Part shown: positions 7,057 through 14,762 of the stretch, one piece after another
How the letters are laid out: the number at the start of each line of letters is the position of its first letter
Position numbering within the stretch: position 1 is the first letter of the stretch
IMG/VR virus record: IMGVR_UViG_3300011878_000001
Coordinates: 1 to 35,502 of that record
DNA length: 35,502 nt
Origin: a virus
Direction: 5' to 3' (one strand)
Translations under genes and position numbers: made by a program
The notes under the pieces: generated by a model
What the model was told of the DNA's origin: nothing
The model's input: only the letters and a program-made list of their open reading frames with translations
Database searches by the model: none

Positions 7057-7275
7057 TTAAGCGTTTTCACGCAGTTCAATCCAGATGTCCTTGTAGGTAT
7101 CAGGGAAAAGTTCTTTACGTGTACAAATGCCACGATCTTCGGCGATAACAGCCAGTCGAATTCTTCTGTCCGTAGGTATGCGCTTCCATCCACTAACTGA
7201 CGGAACTCGAATACCTAGAAGGCGCGCTACTGCCGCCGGGCCGCCCAAAGCTTCAATAAGCTGTGCATCGGTCAT
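7057..7275 (-). CDS. cro: Cro-like repressor (YdaS/Cro HTH family)
   Basis: ATG 7275 with AGGAG 6 nt upstream. MTDAQLIEALGGPAAVARLLGIRVPSVSGWKRIP matches the Cro/YdaS pattern. Divergent from cI across the operator cluster. The track start at 7329 would read through the operators. Confidence 0.75.
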   Translation of the reverse strand: MTDAQLIEALGGPAAVARLLGIRVPSVSGWKRIPTDRRIRLAVIAEDRGICTRKELFPDTYKDIWIELRENA

Positions 7276-7301
7276 GATTTTTCTCCTAATTAATAAACCA
7301 A

Positions 7302-7367
7302 TTATTAGGCATTCCTTATTTTTAATCAATAGGAATACCTAATTTATTTCATGTTAGGATTTCCTAA
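7302..7367. promoter_or_regulatory. OR-like operator cluster with a PR-like promoter
   Basis: Three 14-bp palindromes: TTAGGCATTCCTTA (7305-7318), ATAGGAATACCTAA (7329-7342), TTAGGATTTCCTAA (7354-7367), spaced 24 and 25 bp centre to centre. Minus-strand promoter: -35 TTGATT (7329-7324), 16-nt spacer, -10 TAATAA (7307-7302). Confidence 0.7.
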
Positions 7368-8047
7368 TGAAAACACTTGCTGAACGCTTAAAATATGCCA
7401 TGGAAGTTTTGCCACCTAAGAAAATTAAGGGGGTCGAACTTGCACGCGCCGTTGGGGTAAAGCCACCATCCGTTAGTGATTGGCTTTCTGGTAAATCGAA
7501 AAATATGGAAGGCCCGAACCTGATTCGTGCAGCCCAGTTTTTAAAGGTAAATTCAAAATGGTTAGCTACAGGTATCGGCAAACCTACTGATGAAGAAGCA
7601 AAAACTGAGTTTAGTAATGTAAGTTTTAATAATTTACCTTTTATAGAAATTCCAGTTTTAGACTATGTTCAGGCCGGTCTTTTTGGGACCGTTGAATATG
7701 ATGGGATTAACCCTAAAGGTCGAACCTATACAACTTATCAAACCACAAAGCCTTCCGAAGTCTTCAGCTTAATTGTTGAAGGAATGAGCATGGCACCTAA
7801 TTTTTTACCTGGTGACTCACTCGTGATTGACGCATCGATAGCTCCCCAACCTGGATCATTTGTAGTTGCTCAGAACGGGGCTTATGAAACCACTTTCAAA
7901 AAGTATCGCGTAATTGGATATGATGAATATGGACGTGAAGAATTTGAATTAGTTCCATTAAATCCAGATTATCCAACAATATCTTCAAGAGACCATAAAA
8001 TATCGATCATTGGGGTAATGGTTCGCCATGAGCGAAGCTATAAATAA
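7367..8047 (+). CDS. cI: CI-type repressor: XRE HTH plus S24 LexA-like autopeptidase
   Basis: N-terminal HTH VELARAVGVKPPSVSDWLSGKS. Putative Ala-Gly cleavage site in VQAGLF. Ser/Lys dyad context GMSMAP...FKKY. Divergent from cro. Confidence 0.85.
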   Translation: MKTLAERLKYAMEVLPPKKIKGVELARAVGVKPPSVSDWLSGKSKNMEGPNLIRAAQFLKVNSKWLATGIGKPTDEEAKTEFSNVSFNNLPFIEIPVLDYVQAGLFGTVEYDGINPKGRTYTTYQTTKPSEVFSLIVEGMSMAPNFLPGDSLVIDASIAPQPGSFVVAQNGAYETTFKKYRVIGYDEYGREEFELVPLNPDYPTISSRDHKISIIGVMVRHERSYK

Positions 8048-8059
8048 TAAGAGAGCAAG

Positions 8060-8716
8060 ATGAAAAAATTGTGGAGTTATGGAACTTCCACGCCAATTCA
8101 AAGGATTGGTGTAATTGTTCTAGGGGTGGGATTGTTGTCACTTTTCTCATGGATGATTAAAGAAGATCTGAGCTTTGAGGATCTATTCAATAGCTACTAC
8201 CTGCCAGGTAAAAGAGATTCCATGTTCTTTCATCTGTTCTTTTATTTTATTCCTCTAGGGCTCTTAATGTCCTGGGGGTATCAGGTTTTAGTAAAAACCC
8301 AAGAGTGGATCTTTGGAAAAACCAAAGAAAATAAAAAACCACTGAAAGATCAAAAGCTATATTTTAAAGATAATATGGCGGCCTATGATTTTGCTTCCAC
8401 TATTTACCCGGCTACACTTAACTTAAATACAAGCTACGTCGGATTGATTAAAGATGTGGTTTTGACAACTAACGAACGTTTTCAGTACACAATTGAGCTG
8501 GCAAACAGAGACACAACAATAAAAGTTTATGGATACAATGATGAGAACAGCCAATCTATACGGCTAGGTAACTTAGTTCTTTGGCGTTGTGAAAAGCCAG
8601 TTTCTAACAAAAACCATCTTAACATTGAAGCGCTAGGAACTATCATTGCTACCCTTCAGCCAGTATTCGACCCAAATCATGGCACTTGGTTGATTCAAAG
8701 TAATTTTGTCAGATAA
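8060..8716 (+). CDS. Two-TM membrane protein co-transcribed with cI (candidate superinfection-exclusion or abortive-infection protein)
   Basis: 12 nt after the cI stop, with no terminator in between. TM helices IGVIVLGVGLLSLFSWMI and FFHLFFYFIPLGLLMSWGYQVLV, then a ~135-aa soluble domain. AT-rich by eye. Followed by a strong terminator. Confidence 0.7.
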   Translation: MKKLWSYGTSTPIQRIGVIVLGVGLLSLFSWMIKEDLSFEDLFNSYYLPGKRDSMFFHLFFYFIPLGLLMSWGYQVLVKTQEWIFGKTKENKKPLKDQKLYFKDNMAAYDFASTIYPATLNLNTSYVGLIKDVVLTTNERFQYTIELANRDTTIKVYGYNDENSQSIRLGNLVLWRCEKPVSNKNHLNIEALGTIIATLQPVFDPNHGTWLIQSNFVR

Positions 8717-8718
8717 TT

Positions 8719-8756
8719 CACCCAATCAAATGACCGCCATCTAGGCGGTTTTTTTA
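8719..8756 (+). terminator. Box-terminator module copy 6 (end of the cI operon)
   Basis: CACCCAATCAAAT (8719-8731), stem ACCGCC/GGCGGT (8733-8738 and 8744-8749), loop ATCTA, T7 (8749-8755), then ATG at 8756 (5-codon mini-ORF). Confidence 0.8.
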
Positions 8757-8783
8757 TGTCAGTAAAAAAATAATGTGAAAAAA

Positions 8784-8825
8784 TTAGGAATACCTATTTA
8801 CTTATTTATTAGGATTGCCTAATAT
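8784..8825 (+). promoter_or_regulatory. OL-like operators with a PL-like promoter
   Basis: TTAGGAATACCTAT (8784-8797) and TTAGGATTGCCTAA (8809-8822), 25 bp apart, same family as the OR sites. -35 TTTACT (8797-8802), 17-nt spacer, -10 TAATAT (8820-8825). Confidence 0.6.
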
Positions 8826-8856
8826 TTGCCTTGTACCTAATAAACCGAGAACACCC

Positions 8857-8973
8857 ATGAATCAATTTAAAACCTTAGCAACTGGCACCAATCACACAAG
8901 TCTAATTGTGTGTGATGGCGAAATTAAGGTTGTTCATTGTGGCGAAGTTATTGCGGTTATCACCAACTGGTAA
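8857..8973 (+). CDS. Possible 38-aa ORF, first in the PL operon (uncertain)
   Basis: ATG 8857, MNQFKTLATGTNHTSLIVCDGEIKVVHCGEVIAVITNW. Weak SD. Below the ORF-track cutoff. Confidence 0.25.
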   Translation: MNQFKTLATGTNHTSLIVCDGEIKVVHCGEVIAVITNW

Positions 8974-8981
8974 AAACAAAA

Positions 8982-9013
8982 AAGCCCGCAGGGACTGGAA
9001 ATCTAGCGGGCTT
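8982..9013 (-). terminator. Hairpin that is a terminator only for leftward (antisense) transcription
   Basis: Stem AAGCCCGC/GCGGGCTT (8982-8989 and 9006-9013) with a 16-nt loop. On the minus strand it is followed by TTTTTTGTTTTT. On the plus strand no U-tract follows. Confidence 0.4.
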
Positions 9014-9032
9014 GCAAATATGCGAGATAAGT

Positions 9033-9275
9033 ATGAAACAAAATCCTATTCAAAGCAACCTGCCAGAGTTCGGCCAATCACGCCAAACGTCTGAGCGTTT
9101 GTACCAGCATCCAGAACCTAAATCTGTAGCGAAAGAAGTCGCTTCAAATGTCGCTGCATGGTCTTTGGTCCTTTCAATTCTTGTGGGCTTATCCGCAATG
9201 TTCATTCACCAGGCAGACAAAGAATCTGAGCGTCAGGTGGAAGCCATTAGCACGTCTGTTGGAGGTGCTAAATGA
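9033..9275 (+). CDS. Small single-TM protein (80 aa)
   Basis: The internal ATG 9033 is preferred over the track start 8937, which would run through the hairpin. TM segment AAWSLVLSILVGLSAMFI. ATGA overlap with the next gene. Confidence 0.45.
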   Translation: MKQNPIQSNLPEFGQSRQTSERLYQHPEPKSVAKEVASNVAAWSLVLSILVGLSAMFIHQADKESERQVEAISTSVGGAK

Positions 9276-9559
9276 TAGACCTACGAGATCAATTTGCAAT
9301 GGCTGCAATGCAAGGGATGAGTGCCAACCCAAACGGTGAAGATTGGACATTTAATCAAATCGCAGAGTGGGCATACAAACAGGCAGACGCAATGCTTGCT
9401 GAACGTGAAAGCGGCTCTGTAGACAGTGTGTATAGCACCAAGCAGGAACTCATCAAAGCTATTAAAGAACAGCATGGGCTTGATGTAAGTAATCTTCATT
9501 TTTTAACAACTGGTCATCTGATCTTTATTTTAAGAACTGGCCGGATTACTGCGGGGTAA
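9272..9559 (+). CDS. Hypothetical phage protein (95 aa)
   Basis: Operon orientation. The N-terminal pattern DLRDQFAMAAMQG is common in small prophage proteins (from memory). Confidence 0.5.
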   Translation: MIDLRDQFAMAAMQGMSANPNGEDWTFNQIAEWAYKQADAMLAERESGSVDSVYSTKQELIKAIKEQHGLDVSNLHFLTTGHLIFILRTGRITAG

Positions 9560-9563
9560 CTTC

Positions 9564-10382
9564 ATGAACGCTTATGTTAACCCTACCCGGATTATTCCAA
9601 TCCGCGCTTCATCGCTAGGCGATCTGTTCGATTGCCCTGCACGTTGGGAAGCCAAGAACCTTTTAAACAAACGCAATCCAGCTGGTGCACGCACTCGCTT
9701 GGGTACCGCAATTCATGAAGCTATAACCCAGTGGGACCATCTGAACCTGATCGGTGAGGAAGTTAGCCTGGAAGAATGCGAAGAAATTCTGCATCACCAG
9801 ATCTGGCAACCGAATGAAGAAGTGGATTGGTCTGATCTAAATCAGAACGATGCTGAGTCAATTGGTCAATCATTGATGCATAAGTACATCACTCACATTG
9901 CACCTACTCAAAAGTTTATCGGTGTAGAGGTACGTTGCGAATCATTAATCCTTGCAGATCTAGGCATTGAACTTACTGGCACCATCGACCGCATTTATGA
10001 AAACGATGAAGGTGAATTAGGCATTGGTGACATTAAAACCGGTAAGAACTCAGTAGGCAGTGACGGCGTTGTGAAGACCGTTGGCCATGCACCACAAATG
10101 GGGATTTATACCGTACTTGCTGCACATGCTCTACAGGAACCGGTAACAGCCCCTGCCCGTATTTATGGCCTGACTACTGCCAAAACAGATAAAGGTCAAC
10201 ACGTGGGTATTGGTGAAATTGAATCACCTGCAGAAGTACTGCTGGGTACTGAAGAAGATCCAGGACTACTGCACCATGCGGCCAAAATTATTAAACACGG
10301 TACGTTTTACGGCAACTCTAAATCAATGCTCTGCAATGAAAAGTTCTGCCCTGCGTACGCTACCTGCAAATTTCGTAAGTAA
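9564..10382 (+). CDS. PD-(D/E)XK exonuclease, Cas4/RecB-like, with a Cys cluster
   Basis: Motifs IDRIY...GIGDIKTGK (D...D-x-K) and QMGIYT. Cysteines: one N-terminal (DCPARW) plus C-x4-C-x5-C at the C-terminus, as in Fe-S Cas4/AddB-type nucleases. Adjacent to the annealase gene. Confidence 0.7.
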   Translation: MNAYVNPTRIIPIRASSLGDLFDCPARWEAKNLLNKRNPAGARTRLGTAIHEAITQWDHLNLIGEEVSLEECEEILHHQIWQPNEEVDWSDLNQNDAESIGQSLMHKYITHIAPTQKFIGVEVRCESLILADLGIELTGTIDRIYENDEGELGIGDIKTGKNSVGSDGVVKTVGHAPQMGIYTVLAAHALQEPVTAPARIYGLTTAKTDKGQHVGIGEIESPAEVLLGTEEDPGLLHHAAKIIKHGTFYGNSKSMLCNEKFCPAYATCKFRK

Positions 10383-10410
10383 TTAATTTTTAGAAATAAG
10401 GAATAACACA

Positions 10411-11856
10411 ATGACTTCTCAAGTAATGACAACTGAACAACTTCGCGCTCAACGTAAACCTGAAAATGTTGAAGCAAACTTTAATACTTATCGTGGCTTT
10501 CAGGCGATGCACCACATGGCTGAAAGTTTGGCCAATAGTACGATCATTCCTGAAGCTTTCCGCAATACCCTTATGGTTAAAGATCGCTATGATGCCCAGG
10601 CCAAAAAATGGATATATCGTCCTGAAGCAAATCCAAACGGCGTATCTAACTGCATTATTGCCTTGAATATGGCTCAGCGTTTAGGTGCAGATCCAATGAT
10701 GATCATGCAAAACCTTTACCTGGTAGACGGTCGTCCGAGTTGGTCAAGCCAATTCATTATTGCTGCAATCAATAGTAGTGGTCGTTATAGCCCTTTACGC
10801 TTTGATATTACTGGCGGTGATGAAGAAGTAGAAATTCCATATGCTGTGACTGAATGGGTTTATAACCAGGCTACTAAGAAAAAAGAACCAGTCGAATCAA
10901 ATCAAACTGCTCGCGTTAAGAATTACAAATGTGTGGCTTGGGTTGTAGAAAAAGCGACTGGTGAGCGTCTGGAATCGACTCCTATCACCATGGAAATGGC
11001 TGTAAAAGAAGGTTGGTATCAAAAGAACGGTAGTAAATGGCAATCAATGCCTGAACAGATGCTTCGCTATCGTGCTGCTTCATTCTTCGGTCGTATCTAT
11101 GCGCCAGATCTTCTAATGGGCTTACGCACTCAGGAAGAAGAAATGGAATCAATCATTGATATTACGCCTGAACCAGCACCACAAGAAGCACCGCAAACCT
11201 TGGACAGCATTAAACAGAATGTTGTGAAAGAAGTTGCTACCGATGCACCTGCAGAAGAAAAGCCAAAGCGCTCACGTCAAACTCAAACCAAAACTTTTAC
11301 ACAGGAAGTTGAAGCACCAGTAGAAGATATTCCGCCGGCTCAACAAGCTGAAAATGTCCAAAATCAAACATCAAATGATGTAGGAGATGGAGCGTTAAGC
11401 GTAGATGAATTGAAGCGCTTACAGCAAGAAGCTGAAGCACTGGTACAGCAAAAGAAACAACCTAGTTCTGCGGAAATGAAAAAGGAATATGCCAAAGCCT
11501 TAAATACGGCGAAATCACTGGCCGACATTCTGGACATCGAAGAACAGATCGAGAATGACAATGCTTTGACGCAAACAGACTTCCAGTACCTGCAGGCGAA
11601 CATTGAGCAAGTACGTGCCAAGTTTGAAACATCACAAGCGCCCGCTGTAGACCCGATCAAAAGTGGATCAGTTAAAAACGGTCTTACCCTCCTGATTTCT
11701 GATGCCAAGAACGGTGAAGACATTCGACAAGTTGCACAGCAAATGAATGCAGCTAAGCCAAATTTGACCAGTGAGCATCAACAGGAATTACTGCAAGCCT
11801 ACGCGCAGAAAAAGAAATTGATCGAAGATCAAATGGATATGTTCCCAGGCAACTAA
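10411..11856 (+). CDS. RecT/Red-beta superfamily single-strand annealing protein with a ~245-aa acidic, low-complexity C-terminal extension
   Basis: ALNMAQRLGADPMMIMQNLYLVDGRPSWSSQ and KWQSMPEQMLRYRAASFFGR resemble conserved RecT/Bet blocks (from memory). Good SD (AAGGAA). Residues ~235-481 are E/Q/A/K-rich. Confidence 0.65.
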   Translation: MTSQVMTTEQLRAQRKPENVEANFNTYRGFQAMHHMAESLANSTIIPEAFRNTLMVKDRYDAQAKKWIYRPEANPNGVSNCIIALNMAQRLGADPMMIMQNLYLVDGRPSWSSQFIIAAINSSGRYSPLRFDITGGDEEVEIPYAVTEWVYNQATKKKEPVESNQTARVKNYKCVAWVVEKATGERLESTPITMEMAVKEGWYQKNGSKWQSMPEQMLRYRAASFFGRIYAPDLLMGLRTQEEEMESIIDITPEPAPQEAPQTLDSIKQNVVKEVATDAPAEEKPKRSRQTQTKTFTQEVEAPVEDIPPAQQAENVQNQTSNDVGDGALSVDELKRLQQEAEALVQQKKQPSSAEMKKEYAKALNTAKSLADILDIEEQIENDNALTQTDFQYLQANIEQVRAKFETSQAPAVDPIKSGSVKNGLTLLISDAKNGEDIRQVAQQMNAAKPNLTSEHQQELLQAYAQKKKLIEDQMDMFPGN

Positions 11857-11866
11857 ACAGGATATG

Positions 11867-11886
11867 GCCACACCTTCGGGTGTGGC
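11867..11886 (+). other. GC-rich hairpin with a UUCG tetraloop and no U-tract
   Basis: GCCACACC-TTCG-GGTGTGGC, 10 nt after the annealase stop. It lies inside the long version of ORF 11864-12304, which argues for the later start of that gene. Confidence 0.6.
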
Positions 11887-11917
11887 GCTTAAAAGAATTT
11901 TTAGAGGAATTGGTGTG

Positions 11918-12304
11918 ATGGAAGATAACAAATTATGGTGCGTAGCGATTGCGCCCGAAGATGATACTGAGCTTGAACAGGCGCCGGCGGTATCAAAAGA
12001 AATCGCTGAGCGTGCAGTGGCCCGCTATAGAGCCATGCACACGGCCGAGGGGAATGAATTTATTATTGAATCATTCGATGAATTGATCCAGGTCCAGGAA
12101 TGGAAAGGTACACCAGAAGAGCATAAAAACGCCGAGTTTATCTATGACGAGGCCTGGTTTAGTCAGTCGATGTATCAGTGCAAAAACATGCAGCAAGCCG
12201 AACAAGTTTTTAAGTATGGTGAAATCGTGCACTGCTACAAAGATGATGCTGAGTTAATTACTTCTGATTTTGAAGAAGCCAAGCGCTTCTATGAGGTGGC
12301 GTGA
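11918..12304 (+). CDS. Hypothetical protein (128 aa)
   Basis: ATG 11918 preceded by GAGGAA. The earlier track start at 11864 overlaps the hairpin. Confidence 0.5.
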   Translation: MEDNKLWCVAIAPEDDTELEQAPAVSKEIAERAVARYRAMHTAEGNEFIIESFDELIQVQEWKGTPEEHKNAEFIYDEAWFSQSMYQCKNMQQAEQVFKYGEIVHCYKDDAELITSDFEEAKRFYEVA

Positions 12305-12741
12305 TGGATATTAAAGAAGAAATATTGGCTCAAATGGATAGTGCATTAAGACCAGAATTTGACAAAGCTATCGATAATACAATCGAAAGAGCATTTAAAG
12401 AAGATGTCAAAACACTTGGGTTTATAGTAGCTAATTCTATCAAATGCCAGTGGGAAGTAATGAAGCCTCACCTATTCTATTCCTACTGTTTAGGTGTAAA
12501 AGCTCAGGAAGCCAGGACTCAAGCGGTGCCGGAAGGGTTTGTTTTGGTTAAGAAAGAGTTGCCTGAGCAGATTGCGGAAAAAATGGCGATTGATCGCATC
12601 GATAAGCCAAGACACGAGAATGATCCGGTTTGGAGTGAAATTGCGGAGCAATCATATAAGGATCAGGTCAAATCTAAAAAGTGGGAATTTTGGCGTGATT
12701 ATAAAGCCATGATTGAAGCACAGGAGCCAGCCAATGATTAA
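12304..12741 (+). CDS. Hypothetical protein (145 aa)
   Basis: TGATG overlap with the upstream stop. SD GAGGTGG. Confidence 0.5.
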   Translation: MDIKEEILAQMDSALRPEFDKAIDNTIERAFKEDVKTLGFIVANSIKCQWEVMKPHLFYSYCLGVKAQEARTQAVPEGFVLVKKELPEQIAEKMAIDRIDKPRHENDPVWSEIAEQSYKDQVKSKKWEFWRDYKAMIEAQEPAND

Positions 12742-13009
12742 GCTCCAGGTGGCCAACTTCATTATTGGTGAACTACATAAAGAATTACCCTTTTACCTGG
12801 TATTAAACCAGGCAGAAACAGAAGTATTTTTGACATTTGTTGAAGGTTTTAAGGGAGATTTACGACTTCCGATGACCTGTAAGAATGAATCAACCATCAT
12901 TCAAATCAATAAAGAAAATGTAGATGCAATCTACCTCATGCTTTCAACCCATACCGAACAGCATGAATTGCCGGAAACTGTAGTACAGAGCTTAAAGGAG
13001 GTATCTTGA
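12734..13009 (+). CDS. Hypothetical protein (91 aa)
   Basis: ATG 12734 with AGGAG 7 nt upstream (MIKLQVANF...). The track start at 12713 is less likely. Confidence 0.45.
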   Translation: MIKLQVANFIIGELHKELPFYLVLNQAETEVFLTFVEGFKGDLRLPMTCKNESTIIQINKENVDAIYLMLSTHTEQHELPETVVQSLKEVS

Positions 13010-13230
13010 TGGTTTTATATATCTCAACGCCTGAGTTACTGAAGCGTTATGGGGTAACGAAAGGCACTTTGATCAACTGGCGCAATAAAAAGGATTTTCC
13101 TGAACCAGTGATCAAAGCACATGGGCGCTCAAGCAGCCGCTATGGTATTAAAGCCGTGGATGCCTGGGAAAGAGACAACGGATTGCTTGAATCACTTGAA
13201 ATACAGCCTTTGATATCAAAGCGCTCGTAA
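13009..13230 (+). CDS. xis: Excisionase / AlpA-type HTH protein
   Basis: ATG 13009 (TGATG overlap, AAGGAGG SD). LLKRYGVTKGTLINWRNKKDFPEPV matches the AlpA/Xis HTH pattern. Adjacent to int. Confidence 0.65.
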   Translation: MVLYISTPELLKRYGVTKGTLINWRNKKDFPEPVIKAHGRSSSRYGIKAVDAWERDNGLLESLEIQPLISKRS

Positions 13231-14441
13231 TTGTCCAATATGGCGCAGAGCTTGAAGAACCACTTTTCATAAGCCTGCGCCTGATCATCTAAATACTCGT
13301 GTAAATCATAAGTTCCCCACACTGCAGGTAAACCATGGCCAAGCATAATTTCACAGATATGCGGCGGTGCCAGTTCTGATATATGTGTTCTCATCGTTCT
13401 ACGTAAATCATGCATGGTCCAGTGCTGCATTTCCACACCAAAACGCTTGCGCACATTGTCATTCACAAACGGCGGTATGGTTGTCTGAAAGCTCTTTTCA
13501 AGTTTGGTATAAGCCTTGGCTTTCAAGTTCGGGAAAGCGTATTCACAGCTATCTGGTGATAGTGAAAATACATATTTAAGGAATGGCACAATCTGCGGAA
13601 TGACAGGCCGAATAATCGGCTTGTGCGTACGATCCCCCATCTTGTGATTCTCCGGTGGGATGTACCAGATCATTTCCTGAAAGTCGAAATCAGATTTCTT
13701 GGCCAGCCTTAATTCTGAAACACGGCAGCCGAAAAATAGTAGCATGATGATGATGGCTTTATTTTTCGCAGATATCGCATTGGATCTGAGTGCAGCATGC
13801 ACCACCCAGAATATTTCCTGTTCGGAAAGATAGCGTGACCGCTTCACCTTTTTCACGTTCAGATCAGCAGCTCTTAAGTGCTGAATAGGCTGATGCTGTA
13901 ATTTTCCGTGAATGCACCCCCAGCGCATAATCATTCTTAAATTGCCCAGCACTTTAACCGATACGGTTCTGGCATCTGCAGCAATATCAAAGAGCAATTG
14001 CGACCACTCTTGCAGGGATACGTCATCACAGATCCGTCTACCTATACGTGGGTAAACATGCAATTCAAAAGCTCGATAGTCGTCCTTATATGAGACTTTA
14101 TGAATGGCCACCGTATTAAACCAAAGATCGCAAATGTCTTTGACTGTGAGCTGCTTCAGATAGTCGCTTTCCCCTTTCAGTTTAAGCTGCATCGGATCCT
14201 TGCCCTGGTCGAGTTCAGTTTTATATTTATGCACCAGCAATCTGGCTTCTTTTAGCCCCATCATGGGATATGTGCCAATGTCCAGCCGTTTTGCCTTGCC
14301 GTTAAAACGATACCGGTATTGGAAAACGATCTTACCTTTAGGTGTAATTCGAACTGAAAGACCATCACGATCCGTCACCACTTCAACTTTTTCACGCGGT
14401 TTCCCATTGTTGGATTTGAGCCAACTATCACTTAAAGCCAT
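13140..14441 (-). CDS. int: Tyrosine integrase, P4-like, with an N-terminal arm-binding domain
   Basis: 433 aa. N-terminal pattern WLKSNNGKPREKVEVVTDRDGLSVRITPKGKIVFQYRYRFNGK. Catalytic-region patterns GCRVSEL, HDLRRT and GHGLPAVWGTYDLHEY. The last ~30 codons overlap xis convergently. Confidence 0.85.
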   Translation of the reverse strand: MALSDSWLKSNNGKPREKVEVVTDRDGLSVRITPKGKIVFQYRYRFNGKAKRLDIGTYPMMGLKEARLLVHKYKTELDQGKDPMQLKLKGESDYLKQLTVKDICDLWFNTVAIHKVSYKDDYRAFELHVYPRIGRRICDDVSLQEWSQLLFDIAADARTVSVKVLGNLRMIMRWGCIHGKLQHQPIQHLRAADLNVKKVKRSRYLSEQEIFWVVHAALRSNAISAKNKAIIIMLLFFGCRVSELRLAKKSDFDFQEMIWYIPPENHKMGDRTHKPIIRPVIPQIVPFLKYVFSLSPDSCEYAFPNLKAKAYTKLEKSFQTTIPPFVNDNVRKRFGVEMQHWTMHDLRRTMRTHISELAPPHICEIMLGHGLPAVWGTYDLHEYLDDQAQAYEKWFFKLCAILDNYERFDIKGCISSDSSNPLSLSQASTALIP

Positions 14442-14499
14442 TTAATTTTTTCCAGTCCAAATGCCTTATACTCTGTACATAATCAAACAGAGCAGAATT

Positions 14500-14520
14500 A
14501 TGTACACAGATGTGTACACA
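14500..14520 (+). repeat. Arm-type repeat pair (A/G)TGTACACA x2, int-proximal
   Basis: TGTACACA at 14501-14508 and 14513-14520 (12-bp period). A related TGTACAT lies at 14474-14480. Confidence 0.7.
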
Positions 14521-14762
14521 ATTTTTCTTGAAAGGTAAATGACTTTGTTGGACTTTAAAATTATTTGATAATCGTTAAAGAACGCGAAAGTTGAGTAATT
14601 CTATTGAATCTAAAGCTTTTCTATATGCTTTGTTGAACTTTGAAAAACTTTGGAGAATCTTGAATGCAAAAGCCGACTATAATTTTTGATATGGACGGCT
14701 AGTTTCATAAACCACTAATTTAAATAATATTTATTTTAAAAATTATTTAAATCATATTTTTA

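Noticed and set aside
7057-7275. Reading the YdaS-like (Cro) gene plus the adjacent RHH gene as a toxin-antitoxin pair
   Set aside because: The gene sits divergent from cI across three operators at the head of the replication operon. This is the canonical Cro position. No toxin-like partner is present.
7057-7329. Long version of the cro ORF (90 aa, start at 7329)
   Set aside because: It would start inside operator OR2 and read through OR1 and the PR -10. ATG 7275 has a perfect AGGAG SD, and the conserved Cro/YdaS sequence begins there.
8937-9275. Long version (112 aa) of the small TM protein ORF, and the overlapping ORF 8906-9094
   Set aside because: Both run through the 8982-9013 hairpin and lack an SD. 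The internal ATG 9033 gives a compact TM protein coupled to the next gene.
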